Below, piece after piece: positions 8,524 to 18,854 of a stretch of DNA of 62,118 nucleotides. The DNA is from Microlunatus sp. GTDB lineage: Bacteria; Actinomycetota; Actinomycetes; Propionibacteriales; Propionibacteriaceae. Position 1 is the stretch's first letter. Each line of letters opens with the position of its first letter. A program made the position numbers and the translations under genes. The stretch lies in the NCBI GenBank assembly GCA_036525335.1, contig DATDAP010000697.1:1-62118 (forward strand). The letters are read 5' to 3'. A model generated the notes under the pieces. It was not told where the DNA came from. It made no database searches and saw only the letters and a list, made by a program, of their open reading frames with translations.

Positions 8524-9597
8524 ATGATCATCAACCGTCGTGCCGGAGCCGTCACCGCTGCGGCTCTGGCGTGCGTGATCGCGATCGCCGGGTGCGCGAA
8601 CGGTGAGCTGCCCCGAGCGGATCCGACCTCTTCCGTGCCGACCGCTACTGCCAGGCCGAGTCCGCCCGTCGTCACTGCGGCCCCGTCTCCGACGCCCGAG
8701 CACACAGCGACGCCGGGCCTGCGGCCGACGGTGGTCGTCCAGCAGAATCCCCGCTGGGCCCTGGATCGCATTGATCAGCGTCAGCTGCCCTTCGACCGGC
8801 GCTACCTGAGCCAGGGGCAGGGCGAGGGGGTGACCGTGTATGTCGTCGACGGCCTGTTCGACACGACGAACGCCGAGTTCGGCGGGCGAGCTACGGTCGG
8901 TCTCGACCTCGGCCAGCCCTGCGTGCTGGAGGACGGCCTCAACCACGGGATGTTCGTCGCCGGCCTGGTCGGCGGTCGCCGTACCGGGGTGGCCAAGAAG
9001 GCGAAGATCATCGTCGTCGGTTCCTCGTACGGCTGCGAGGGCAGCGAAATGGCCAGTCCGAAGCGGATGATCAAGCGGGTGGTTCGGGCGGTGGACTGGG
9101 TGGCCGAGAATGCCCACAAGCCCGCTGTGGTCAACCTCTCGCTGAACACCGACGGTGATCAGCCGGAGCTGGTCGCGGCGGTCGATCGACTCGTCGACGC
9201 CGGACTGACCGTCGTCGGCTCGGCCGGCAACGGAGGCGAGAACGCCTGCGGTCATGCGCCGGCCGGACTCCCCTCGGTCATCACGGTCACCGGCTCGACC
9301 AAGACCGACCGCGATGCCGGACTGAACTATGGGCGGTGCGTCGACCTCTACGCGCCGGCGAGTGGAGTCACCTCGGTGGTGGGCCCGGAGATCAGCCCGA
9401 ACCGACTGGCCAGGAGCGATCAGGCCGCCACCTCGTGGGCGGCGCCCATCGCCAGTGGTGTCACCGCCCTGTATCTGTCCGCGCACCCGAACGCCTCACC
9501 CCAGCAAGTCCGCAGCTGGATGATCGAGAACGCCAGCACCGGTGTCATCCGTGGCGATCGCCACGGGACCCCGAACCGGCTGCTGTACTCCCGCTGA
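8524..9597 (+). CDS. S8 subtilase (proteinase K-like) lipoprotein
   Basis: Lipobox IAGC; WALDRIDQR; triad VVDG / NHG / ATSWAAP; SAGN. Confidence 0.9.
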   Translation: MIINRRAGAVTAAALACVIAIAGCANGELPRADPTSSVPTATARPSPPVVTAAPSPTPEHTATPGLRPTVVVQQNPRWALDRIDQRQLPFDRRYLSQGQGEGVTVYVVDGLFDTTNAEFGGRATVGLDLGQPCVLEDGLNHGMFVAGLVGGRRTGVAKKAKIIVVGSSYGCEGSEMASPKRMIKRVVRAVDWVAENAHKPAVVNLSLNTDGDQPELVAAVDRLVDAGLTVVGSAGNGGENACGHAPAGLPSVITVTGSTKTDRDAGLNYGRCVDLYAPASGVTSVVGPEISPNRLARSDQAATSWAAPIASGVTALYLSAHPNASPQQVRSWMIENASTGVIRGDRHGTPNRLLYSR

Positions 9598-12025
9598 CGT
9601 CGGTGAGGCGGTGGCTGCAGGCGAGGTGATGGCTGCCCCCGACGAGTTCGCGCGTCGTTCCGTCGGGCAGGGCGACGGTGGCGCTGGTCGTCGGTGGGAG
9701 GTCGATGTCGAGGTGGAAGCCGCCGTCGCCGAGCTGCCAGCTGACCGCGATCGGTCCTTGGCGGGTCAGCTGGCGGGTGTGGGCGTGTTGCAGTCCTGCC
9801 ATGGGGGTGGGCTGGATGTGGACGCGGCGGTAGCCGGCTTCGTCAGGACCGGGTGACTCGGGCAGGCGGAGTCCGGCGAGGTGGGTGTGCAGGAACGAGG
9901 CGACGGCGCCTTTGCTGTAGTGGTTCAGCGATCCCTTGGCGGTCCCGTCGGCGGCGACGCCGTCCCACCACTCCCACATGGTGGTGGCTCCCGCCTCCAC
10001 CATGCCCAGCCAGGAGGGGAAGCCGGTTCGGACGAGCAGCCGGAAGGCCACGTCGTCGTAGCCGGCGTCGGACAAGACCGGCAGCAGCAGACCGGTGGAC
10101 AAGAACCCGGTGGCCAGCCGGGTGTCGGCGCGGGTGATCAGGTCGACGAGCCGGGCCGCCAGCCGGGCGCGAGCGGATGTCGGGACGAGGTCGAAGGCCA
10201 GCGCGCGGACGTAGTGGGCCTGTCGATCCTCGGTCAGTCGATCCTCGAGGAGGTACTCGGCCTGCCAGGCCGCTCGCGCCGCCTCGGCGAGGCGCTGGTA
10301 GCCCCGGGCGGCATGGGTGTGACCGAGCAGCTGGGCGGTGCGTGCGGTGAGGACCGCGGAACGGTGCAGGTACGCCGTCGCGACGATGCCATGGTCGACG
10401 GCCGGGTCGGGATTCGGCGGGACGCCCGGCTCCAGCCACTCGCCGAAGTGGAAGCCGGTGTCGAGCAGGTACGTCTCGTGCGGGGCCGGCTGCGGCCGGC
10501 CGGCGGCGCGGTCGGGGTGGCGTTCGGTGGAGGCCCGCTGCGCGGAGTAGTCGACCCACCGCCGCATGGCCGGGTAGGCCTCGCGCAGGGCGTCGAGATC
10601 TCCGTAGGTCCGCCACATCTCCCAGGGCACGATGACGGCCGCGTCGCCCCACCCGGCGGATCCGGCGGAGGCGTCTTCGAAGGGGATGCCGGAAGGCTGG
10701 TCGCCGCCGGGGTTGGGAACGATGGTGGGGATCCGGCCGTCGGACCACTGATCGGCGGCGAGGTCGCGGAGCCAGCGGCGGGAGAACCAGGCGACGTCGT
10801 GAAGGAGAGCGGCGGCGCCGACGAAGATCTGCCAGTCGCCGGTGAACCCCGACCGCTCGCGCTGCGGGCAGTCGGTCGGCACGGCGCAGGCGTTGGTGAG
10901 CAGACTCCGCCGGACGACCTCGTGCAGCTGCTCGAGACGTCGGTCGCTGCAGGTGAACTCTCCGGTCCGGGGGAGCAGAGTGTGCACCTGGATGCCCCGG
11001 GCGCGGGACAGGTCCAGTCCTGTCGGCACGCCATCGATCTGGACGTACCGGAAGCCGTGCGTGGTGTGGCGCGGCTCGAAGATCTCGCCGCGACCGCTGG
11101 AGATGACCTCGTCGCGTTGGCCGGCGTCGAGGAGCTGCTTGGTCTCGAAGTCGAAGGCGCGGAGATTGCCGGTGTCGACCAGCCCGGCTGAGTCGAGCAC
11201 CTCGCCGTGAGTCAGGGTCAGTCGAGTCCCGGCCGGGCCCAGGTCGGGAAGTCTCAGCCAGCCGTTGATGTCCTCGCCGAGGTCGAGAACGACGGTGCCG
11301 GGTCGCGGGCAGTGGAGCGCTGCCGGGACGATCTCGCCGACCTGGCGGATCGGGCTTCCCTCGGCCGCCACCAGCCGCGACGGCGACAGGGTCGTGATGG
11401 TCGTTCCGGCCGCCACGGCGGACCAGCCGTCGTCGGAACCGGCGTCGGTGAACCAGTCCGGGTCGTACGCACCGAAGTCGATCGACTGGCCGTCCATCAG
11501 ATCGGCGCGCTGGATGTGACTGCGCCGGAACCGCCAGTGCTCGTCGCTCGCCAGGTGCGACCCGCCGGCCACCGCCGGCTCGGTGATCGCCAGCAGCAGC
11601 CCGGTTCGGGTGCCGAAGCCGTCCGCGTGGCGCTGGAAGCCGTGCCGGCCGCGGAACCAGCCGTCGGACAGCAGCACGACCACGGTGTTGACGCCGTCGA
11701 GGAGGAGGTCGGTGACGTCGTACCGGTGCACCTGAAGTCGCTTCCGGTAGGCGCTGAAGCCCGGAGTGAGCTCGTCATCTCCCACCCGTACCCCGTTCAG
11801 GAAGGCCTCGGCGATGCCGTGGGCGGTGATCATGAGCTGGCTCCGGTGCCCCGGCTGCCGGTCGTGCCGGAAGCTTCGGCGCAGCAGGTAGGCCGGGCGC
11901 AGACCCGGCGGGGGGGTCTCGGCCTCGTCCGGCCCGATCCAGGTGGCGGCGGCGAGGGCGACGGCGATCTCCGGATCGACGTCGGTCCAGGGGTCGGTGG
12001 CCACGGGGTCTCCGGACTCGGTCAT
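9545..12025 (-). CDS. Alpha-L-rhamnosidase (GH78)
   Basis: PTDCPQRER, GATTMWEWW, SLNHY motifs. Confidence 0.9.
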   Translation of the reverse strand: MTESGDPVATDPWTDVDPEIAVALAAATWIGPDEAETPPPGLRPAYLLRRSFRHDRQPGHRSQLMITAHGIAEAFLNGVRVGDDELTPGFSAYRKRLQVHRYDVTDLLLDGVNTVVVLLSDGWFRGRHGFQRHADGFGTRTGLLLAITEPAVAGGSHLASDEHWRFRRSHIQRADLMDGQSIDFGAYDPDWFTDAGSDDGWSAVAAGTTITTLSPSRLVAAEGSPIRQVGEIVPAALHCPRPGTVVLDLGEDINGWLRLPDLGPAGTRLTLTHGEVLDSAGLVDTGNLRAFDFETKQLLDAGQRDEVISSGRGEIFEPRHTTHGFRYVQIDGVPTGLDLSRARGIQVHTLLPRTGEFTCSDRRLEQLHEVVRRSLLTNACAVPTDCPQRERSGFTGDWQIFVGAAALLHDVAWFSRRWLRDLAADQWSDGRIPTIVPNPGGDQPSGIPFEDASAGSAGWGDAAVIVPWEMWRTYGDLDALREAYPAMRRWVDYSAQRASTERHPDRAAGRPQPAPHETYLLDTGFHFGEWLEPGVPPNPDPAVDHGIVATAYLHRSAVLTARTAQLLGHTHAARGYQRLAEAARAAWQAEYLLEDRLTEDRQAHYVRALAFDLVPTSARARLAARLVDLITRADTRLATGFLSTGLLLPVLSDAGYDDVAFRLLVRTGFPSWLGMVEAGATTMWEWWDGVAADGTAKGSLNHYSKGAVASFLHTHLAGLRLPESPGPDEAGYRRVHIQPTPMAGLQHAHTRQLTRQGPIAVSWQLGDGGFHLDIDLPPTTSATVALPDGTTRELVGGSHHLACSHRLTDVSGSTAAGSGSRGDRHG

Positions 12026-12181
12026 CCCCGCATCCTCTGACACCACGCGCCGCGAGTCACCTGCCGGGTCCTGTCTCCTCGTCGCTGAGCTCCCCACCGA
12101 CTCGGCTCATCCGGATAGCCGTGTTGCTCTCCAGAATGTCGACGCCACCGCGTCCGGCCACGTACCGACGCCTGTAGTTCC

Positions 12182-12458
12182 CTAGCTCGAACCATGGGTG
12201 AGCGCATATCGGCCCCCGGCGCGCATTTCGGGCGGTCGGGGCGGGCGCAGCGCGGCAGGAAGAACACCTCAGGCCGCGAAGCGACCAGGGCGCGTCGCGT
12301 TCCTCCTTCGGGAAGGCGAACCCGATCACCGTCTCGGCCTGGTTGAAGGCGACGTAGACGATCTGACCGACCCGGAACTTCACCCGGTCACGCACCAGCA
12401 TCTCACTGCTGCGCGGCAACCCTGCGAGCACCGTTCGGACGTCGTCGACCGTGACCAC
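12182..12458 (-). pseudogene. MmcQ/YjbR-family protein, frameshifted
   Basis: DRVKFRVGQIVYVAF...FPKEERDA, continuing as LVASRPEVFFLPR in another frame. Confidence 0.65.
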
Positions 12459-12579
12459 GGATCCATCATCGCCTGTCGGGACGGCCCTGGGCACGCAAGC
12501 GTCGACGCCCTCGCGTGGGCAGGAAGTGAGCAATGTGGTCGTGCTCGCCCCCGGCACAGGTTGAACCATCCCGGAGACT

Positions 12580-14148
12580 TCAGCCTTCGCCTACCTGGCG
12601 ACGGCGATTGACCTGTTCTCCCGCAAGCTGCTCGGTGCGGCGACCGGCTGCACCCCGTTTCCGTGCCCGGCGCCGCCGGTCGAACCTCAGCCCGTCGGTC
12701 AACGGACCCCACCGCAACATCCCCAGATCCCGCAGGTAGTTCTGGTGCAGGCGCCAGGGTGTGGCAGGGCCCTGCTTGGGCAGCCGTTGGCCGCCCCGGC
12801 GGACGTAGCCGGCTCGGAGGTCGATCAACGGCGACAGCTGTTCCGGGGCGAAGTCGGGGGTGATCGGTGTGGCGCTGCGATACCCGCGGCGATCGAGATA
12901 CCGGAGCAGTCGACAGACGTACCTCGCCACGAGATCGGCCTTGAGCGTCCAGGAGGCGTTGGAGTAGCCGAGGGTGAAGCTGAAGTTGGGCACCCCGGAC
13001 ATCATCATGCCCTTGTAGGCAATGGTTTCCGCGGGGTCGACCGGGTGGTCGTCGACGACCAGGTCCATCCCGCCGAAGGCCAGCAGGTTCAACCCTGTGG
13101 CCGTGATGATCACCTCGGCGTCGAGCTGCCGCCCGGAGGTCAGCCGCACCCCGTCGGGGGTGAACCGGTCGATGCCGTCGGTCACGATGTCGGCGGAGCT
13201 GGTACGGATGGCTCGGAACAGGTCACCGTCGGGTGCCGCACACAGCCGCTGGTCCCAGGGCTCGTACGTCGGCGTCAGATGGGTGTCGGCGTCGAACCCA
13301 GCCGGCAGCCGCGCGGTGGCGCCACGCCGCAGCAACGCCTTCATCTTCTCCGGCTGACGCCGGCTGAGTCGGTAGCTGATCATGCTGGTCAGCACGTACT
13401 TCCAGCGCACCAACGGGTACGTCACCCGGGCCGGCCACCGGCGCAGCAGCCGGACGGCGGTCTTGTCGATCGACGGCACGGTGGCGATGTAGGTGGGGGA
13501 GCGCTGCAGCATGGTGACCTGGGCGCCCTGCGCGGCCAGGGCCGGGACCAGGGTGACGGCGGTGGCCCCGCTGCCGATCACCACCACCCGCCGGCCGTCG
13601 ACGTCGAGGTCCGCGGGCCACTGCTGCGGGTGCACGATCGGACCGGTGAAGTCCGTCTCGCCGGCGAACGTGGGCCGGTAGCCCTCGTCGTAGCGGTAGT
13701 ACCCGGAGCAGGTGTACAGGAACGAGCAGGTGATCTTCACCTCCCCGGCGCCACCGCGATCCGCGGTGACCGTCCACCGCGCTGTCTCGCTGCACCACTC
13801 GGCCCGGAGGACCCGGTGGCCGTAGCGGATCTCCCGCTCCACGCCGAACGCGCGAGCGGTCTCGGTGACGTACGCCAGGATCGATGGCCCGTCCGCGATG
13901 GCCGTGGTGGACTGCCAGGGCCGGAACGCGTACGCCAGCGTGAACATGTCGGAGTCGGAGCGGACGCCGGGATAGCGGAACAGGTCCCAGGTGCCGCCGA
14001 TCCCGTCGCGTGCCTCGAGGATGATCACGGTCTTGTCCGGGCACTCGCGGCGGAGGTGGCAGGCGGCACCGATGCCGGACAGCCCGGCGCCGACCACCAG
14101 CACGTCGACGTGCTCGAGCTCGTCACCGTTCTCTCCGGCGTCAACCAC
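12580..14148 (-). CDS. Baeyer-Villiger-type flavin monooxygenase (EthA/AlmA-like)
   Basis: GAGLSG, YPGVRSDS, FTGPIVHPQQWP fingerprint, GSGATA. Confidence 0.92.
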   Translation of the reverse strand: MVDAGENGDELEHVDVLVVGAGLSGIGAACHLRRECPDKTVIILEARDGIGGTWDLFRYPGVRSDSDMFTLAYAFRPWQSTTAIADGPSILAYVTETARAFGVEREIRYGHRVLRAEWCSETARWTVTADRGGAGEVKITCSFLYTCSGYYRYDEGYRPTFAGETDFTGPIVHPQQWPADLDVDGRRVVVIGSGATAVTLVPALAAQGAQVTMLQRSPTYIATVPSIDKTAVRLLRRWPARVTYPLVRWKYVLTSMISYRLSRRQPEKMKALLRRGATARLPAGFDADTHLTPTYEPWDQRLCAAPDGDLFRAIRTSSADIVTDGIDRFTPDGVRLTSGRQLDAEVIITATGLNLLAFGGMDLVVDDHPVDPAETIAYKGMMMSGVPNFSFTLGYSNASWTLKADLVARYVCRLLRYLDRRGYRSATPITPDFAPEQLSPLIDLRAGYVRRGGQRLPKQGPATPWRLHQNYLRDLGMLRWGPLTDGLRFDRRRRARKRGAAGRRTEQLAGEQVNRRRQVGEG

Positions 14149-15595
14149 GTGGCATCACGTCGATCCCACGCCAGACCTCGCGCCGCGGGTTCGGATCGTT
14201 CTCGACGTGGTCGCCGTCGGGCGTGAAGATCATGGTGGCGCGATCGGGCGGCTCGAAGGCCGGCCAGCCCGGACCGGGCGCACCGTCGCGGACGAACGCC
14301 GTCCAGTGCTCCTTCATCCGGCGACCGAGGGCGTGCCGGGCCCGGGTTGGTCGGCCACGGATGATCAAGGCCAGCGGACCGGACCAGTCCCACAGATAGG
14401 GCAGCTCGGCCGCGTGCGTCGCCCCGATCAGCGGGACCGCCGCGTCGAACCGGTAGAACCAGGTCGGACCGCCCGCTGCCCGGTGTCGCTCGGCGAAGTG
14501 CTGGGTGGGTACGGCGAAGTTGAGGTCCGTCCCCAGCGCCCGGAGGCCGAGCGGAGAGTCCGGGTACGCCGCGATCACCACCTCCGCCTGCTCGGGGTCC
14601 AGGGCGTTCCGCAGCCGTCGGGTCAGCGCCTCGCGGGTGGTGGGCATGATGTTCCCCGGCAGCAGCTGGAACATCGTCACCTCGTCGTGGTTGTGCCCGG
14701 CGAGCAGCGGGACCTCCGGCCGGACCGCCGCCTGAGCTGCGGCCAGCGAGTCCGGTACGAGATCGCCGTCGAACCACGGCGCAGCCGGCACAGTGCCCGG
14801 TACGGACCTTCGCACGGCCTGCTGCGCCGCGAGCAGTCGCTCCGGCGGCATCTCCCACAGTCGGTCTCCGTCGCCGGGCTCGAGACCGAGCTCGTCGGCG
14901 TACCGGCGGGCGACCTGCAGGCGCACCTCCGATCCGTGGATCAGGCTGTACGAACCGCTCTCCATGATCGCGGCGCGGAACAGGCCGCGGGTGCTCGGCG
15001 CCGTCAGCAGCAACGAGACCGACACCGATCCGGCCGACTCGCCGGCCACGGTCACCCGTTCGGGATCGCCGCCGAACGCCGCGATGTTGTCGCGGACCCA
15101 CTCCAGTGCGGCGATCTGGTCGCGCAGGCCGAGGTGGGACGGGATGTCGGCGTCGGTGACCGCCGCGAGATCCACGAAGCCGAAGACCCCCAGCCGGTAG
15201 TTGACGGTGACCACGACGATGTCTCCGGACTCCGCCAGCTCCGACCCGTTGTAGAGCGCGCCGCTCCCGCTCGTGTACGCCCCGCCGTGGATCCAGACCA
15301 GGACGGGGCGCAGAGGAGCCGCCTCCGCGGGCGCGACCACGTTGAGATAGAGGCAGTCCTCGCTCGGCGTACCGAGGCGACGGGTGGACGCCGTCACCGC
15401 CGTCAGCTGTTGCGCGGCTCCGCCGACCTCGGTGGCGGGGCGGATACCGCGCCAGGGGCGCACTTTCGCCGGAGCGGTGAAGCGCAGCCGCCCGACCGGG
15501 GGTTCGGCGTACGGCACGCCGAGCCAGACGTCGACCCGCCCTCGCATCCCCGACAACGTGCCGGCTTCCACCGCCACGACGTTGCTGTTCCTCAC
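14141..15595 (-). CDS. Type B carboxylesterase
   Basis: SEDCLYLN, WIHGG, GESAG, HAAEL. Confidence 0.92.
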   Translation of the reverse strand: MRNSNVVAVEAGTLSGMRGRVDVWLGVPYAEPPVGRLRFTAPAKVRPWRGIRPATEVGGAAQQLTAVTASTRRLGTPSEDCLYLNVVAPAEAAPLRPVLVWIHGGAYTSGSGALYNGSELAESGDIVVVTVNYRLGVFGFVDLAAVTDADIPSHLGLRDQIAALEWVRDNIAAFGGDPERVTVAGESAGSVSVSLLLTAPSTRGLFRAAIMESGSYSLIHGSEVRLQVARRYADELGLEPGDGDRLWEMPPERLLAAQQAVRRSVPGTVPAAPWFDGDLVPDSLAAAQAAVRPEVPLLAGHNHDEVTMFQLLPGNIMPTTREALTRRLRNALDPEQAEVVIAAYPDSPLGLRALGTDLNFAVPTQHFAERHRAAGGPTWFYRFDAAVPLIGATHAAELPYLWDWSGPLALIIRGRPTRARHALGRRMKEHWTAFVRDGAPGPGWPAFEPPDRATMIFTPDGDHVENDPNPRREVWRGIDVMPRG

Positions 15596-15656
15596 CCAGC
15601 CATCCTGCCTGCCGCGCCCGATGACCGGACAGCCGGCCGGTGGGGGTCACGGGCGG

Positions 15657-15851
15657 TTACGTCAGTCTCCGTCGCCGGAGCCAGTCGGCGAAGACCGGCG
15701 TACGGAGAGCGGCGGACCGCTGGGCGCCGGGGGACTGGCGATCCGCCGCGCGCTTCTCCGCCAGAGCCGTCAGCACGGCGTGCCGCTCGGCGGCGTGCCG
15801 GCTGAGGTCGGTGGGCTGGGGTCGCGGGTGGATCAGGTCGGTGGCGGACAT
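15657..15851 (-). CDS. Small hypothetical protein (64 aa)
   Basis: AAGGGA RBS, ATG, co-oriented with flanking genes. Confidence 0.5.
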   Translation of the reverse strand: MSATDLIHPRPQPTDLSRHAAERHAVLTALAEKRAADRQSPGAQRSAALRTPVFADWLRRRRLT

Positions 15852-15998
15852 GGCGAGGTCCCTTCTGCGTCGAGGAGGTGGGTTCGACTCGAGCGCTGGT
15901 GGCGTCTCGAGGGCGGTGCTGAAGCCGGGTGCGGCGGTGGTCAGTCGGGAGCTGCGCCGAGTGTCCGGCCTCGGCGGAGGCCGGACCCCGACGCCGGG

Positions 15999-16850
15999 TC
16001 AGACCCGTCGGGCCGTCACCACGAGGTACTCCCAGTGCATGGTGTCGTCGGTCAGGAACCGGTCACCCAGGGCGGCCAGCTCGGCGTCCAGAGCAGCGAC
16101 CTTCGCCGGATCGTCGGCGATGAAGCGGTACACGGCGATGGTCGGGCCGTAGTTGCGCTTCATGAAGTCGCGGAACTCGGCTCCGTCGGCGAAGCGTTCG
16201 ACCCGCAGGTTCTGCTGGTGCGCCACGAGGTCGGTCACCCGCTCTCCGAAGAGGGCTCGGACGTGGTCCGCTCGTCCCCACAGGGGTGCCGGCGAGGCTC
16301 CCGGAGGGGGCGGCGGAGCGTACGGCTTCATGACGGCGAAGAGCTGTCCGATGAAACCTTCCGGCGTCCAGCTCAGGACGCCGATCGTGCCGCCGATCCG
16401 TGACACGCGGACCAGCTCGTCGGCAGCCTGCTGGTGGTGGGGTGCGAACATCACACCGATCGAGGACAGCACGACGTCGAACTGGCCGTCCGGGTAGGGC
16501 AGTGCCTCGGCGTCGGCGGTCTCCCAGCTGAGTTCCAGTCCCTCGGCGGCGGCGTCCTCCCGACCCACGGCGAGCAGCTCCGGTGTGAGGTCGGTGGCGG
16601 TCACCGTCGCGCCGAGACGAGCGGCGGGCAGGGCCGAGGTCCCGGTGCCGGCGGCGACGTCGAGGACGCGCTGGCCGGGCTGGATCTCGAGGGTGTCGAC
16701 GAGGATGCCGCCCAGTGACGCGACGACGTCGTCGACGACGGTGGGGTAGCTGCCACTGGCCCAGAGGGCCGCGTGCTTGGCCTTGAGCGCTCGATCCTCG
16801 GCGGTGCCGGTGATCGATGTGTCGCTCGAGTTGATGGTGGTGATGGACAT
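15999..16850 (-). CDS. Class I SAM-dependent methyltransferase
   Basis: VLDVAAGTG, DAEALPY; GGAGG RBS. Confidence 0.9.
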   Translation of the reverse strand: MSITTINSSDTSITGTAEDRALKAKHAALWASGSYPTVVDDVVASLGGILVDTLEIQPGQRVLDVAAGTGTSALPAARLGATVTATDLTPELLAVGREDAAAEGLELSWETADAEALPYPDGQFDVVLSSIGVMFAPHHQQAADELVRVSRIGGTIGVLSWTPEGFIGQLFAVMKPYAPPPPPGASPAPLWGRADHVRALFGERVTDLVAHQQNLRVERFADGAEFRDFMKRNYGPTIAVYRFIADDPAKVAALDAELAALGDRFLTDDTMHWEYLVVTARRV

Positions 16851-16985
16851 GATTTCCTCCCTGCGGTTGGTTGAGTGATCGCAACCGTAGGGATCGGATG
16901 CCCCCGTCGGCATCGGCGCCGCTGCGCAACCGTGACCGTCGACGACGCGCCGCGGTGGCGGCCTGTACGCAGTCGGTCGTTCGCC

Positions 16986-18086
16986 TCAGGCGCGGTGCAG
17001 GAGCTTCCCGACGGCGGCTGCTCGGGCGGTCCGGCCCTGCACCCCGAGCTTGGCGTAGGCGTTCTGCAGATGGCGTTCGACGGTGCGCACCGACAGCACC
17101 AGCTCGGCCGCGATCGCGTCGTTGTCAAGCCCCTGTGCAGCCAGACCGAGGATGTCGAGCTCCCTCGGCGAGAGCACCGACAGATCCGCGGAGCTGCCGC
17201 CGTTGGACACCGCTGGGGCGAGCAGGACTCTGTCCGGGGACAGGAAGGCGGTGAGCTCCCTCAGGAACACCGGCCACGCCGGTTCGTCGGCGAGGAGGAT
17301 GTGGTTGTTGCTCTCCAAGGCCACCAGCCGCGCGCCGCGGATGCCGGTCGCCAGCGCACGGCACTCCTCGAACTCGATCATCTGATCACCGCGGCTGTGC
17401 AGCACCAGGGTCGGCAGATCCAGCTCGGCCATCCGCGGGGTCGAGTCGATCGTCTGACGCTGCGACCGGGACAGCACGGCCGTCTCCGCGTCGACCGACA
17501 TCTTCTGCAGATCGTCCAGCCAGCGCATCTGCTCCTCGGTCCCGCCCGGGATCATCATGCTGCTGAACACGCGGCGGAACTCCGACGTCGGTCGGGCCCA
17601 GCCCACCTTGATCAACGCGTTGAAGGCGGCGTACAGCTCGAGCTCCTCCGGACTGGCCGCTGCCTGGGCGCCGGCGTAGCTGCCGTAGAAGGCCAACCGC
17701 GTCAGGCGCTCCGGATGACGCGCGGCGTACTCGATCGCGACCGGACCGCCCTGCGCCATGGCCAGCAGGGCGAACCGCTCGTACCCGGCGTCGTCGGCGA
17801 CCGCCTCGAGGTCGGCGACCCTGGCCTGGAGGCTGTGGTCGGTCACGCCGCGATCCGACAACCCGTGACCGCGCTCGTCGTACCTGATCACGGTGGCGAT
17901 CCGGCCCAGCTCGACCAGGAAGTGCCGCCAGACCGGGCTCTGCCAGTCGAACTGGAGATGACTCAGCCAGCACGCGTCGATGAGCAGCGGGGGGCCCGAT
18001 CCGTGCACGGCGTAGGCGATCCCGACACCGTCCGCCGACCGGGCGAACCGGATGTCCTGCACCGCATCCCCTGCGCTCGTCGCCAC
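16986..18086 (-). CDS. Alpha/beta-hydrolase-fold plus LuxR HTH transcriptional regulator
   Basis: RYDERGHGLS; C-terminal LSPRELDIL...LSVRTVERHL; TACCAT -10 lies 6 nt before GTG. Confidence 0.88.
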   Translation of the reverse strand: MATSAGDAVQDIRFARSADGVGIAYAVHGSGPPLLIDACWLSHLQFDWQSPVWRHFLVELGRIATVIRYDERGHGLSDRGVTDHSLQARVADLEAVADDAGYERFALLAMAQGGPVAIEYAARHPERLTRLAFYGSYAGAQAAASPEELELYAAFNALIKVGWARPTSEFRRVFSSMMIPGGTEEQMRWLDDLQKMSVDAETAVLSRSQRQTIDSTPRMAELDLPTLVLHSRGDQMIEFEECRALATGIRGARLVALESNNHILLADEPAWPVFLRELTAFLSPDRVLLAPAVSNGGSSADLSVLSPRELDILGLAAQGLDNDAIAAELVLSVRTVERHLQNAYAKLGVQGRTARAAAVGKLLHRA

Positions 18087-18275
18087 CCGACGATGGTAGA
18101 GCTCCGCACCGCCGACGGACAGCAGCAGGCGCGTTCCCCTCGGTGCCGGCCGCCACCATCTGGATGGGCGGTCGAGCGCGAGATGGGTAGCGGCGCCGAT
18201 CCGGATCGGCGGGAGATCCGTTGTCATGTGAGGGTCGGTGCACGGGGCCCGGCGGTCACCCAGAGGTGAGACTCC

Positions 18276-18629
18276 ATGTCCGACTTCGCATTGTTCGCCG
18301 GCTCGTCGGCTGCCGCGATCTTCATGATCAGCCAGCTGCCGATGTTGATCAAAGCCTGTCGCACCAAGAACCTGACGTCCTACAGCCTTGCCAACATCGG
18401 ACTGGCGAATCTCGGGAACGTTCTCTACGCGGTGTACGTGCTCCAGGTCCCCCTGGGTCCGGTCTGGGCCGTCCACGGTTTCAACCTGACCGCATCCGGA
18501 CTGATGCTCGCCATGTACCTGCGCTACGGCCGCAGAGCTGGTCAGGGTATCCGGAGAGGAAGCTCGGCCGTGCTGACCGCGGCTGATCAACGACCGTCGT
18601 CTCCCCGGTCCTGGTCACGCGGGTTCTAG
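18276..18629 (+). CDS. Small 3-TM PQ-loop/SemiSWEET-like membrane protein
   Basis: QLPMLIKACRTKNLTSYS, three hydrophobic segments; GAGG RBS. Confidence 0.65.
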   Translation: MSDFALFAGSSAAAIFMISQLPMLIKACRTKNLTSYSLANIGLANLGNVLYAVYVLQVPLGPVWAVHGFNLTASGLMLAMYLRYGRRAGQGIRRGSSAVLTAADQRPSSPRSWSRGF

Positions 18630-18854
18630 CTGCCGACCTTCTCGAGTCCGAGATCCAGCCGATGGAGGCGCCGGTCCAGCCGGGGAGCGCTTCGGCGATC
18701 AATCCCATCCACCACAGGATCCGGGTTCGGCTCGCGTAAGGGCGCCGGTGGTCCTGGGTACGTAGTTCTACTCACGACATCGTCACTCAGTGCACTCATC
18801 GTGGACGTACCGAGCATCGGGCCAGGACCGGTGCCCTGCACAGAGGAGTACGTC

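Noticed and set aside
13991-15805. Long antisense or alternate-frame ORFs (e.g. 604 aa here, 610 aa at 37961, 556 aa at 7816, 481 aa at 58220)
   Set aside because: Arg/Pro/Gly-rich shadow ORFs of real genes, expected at high GC
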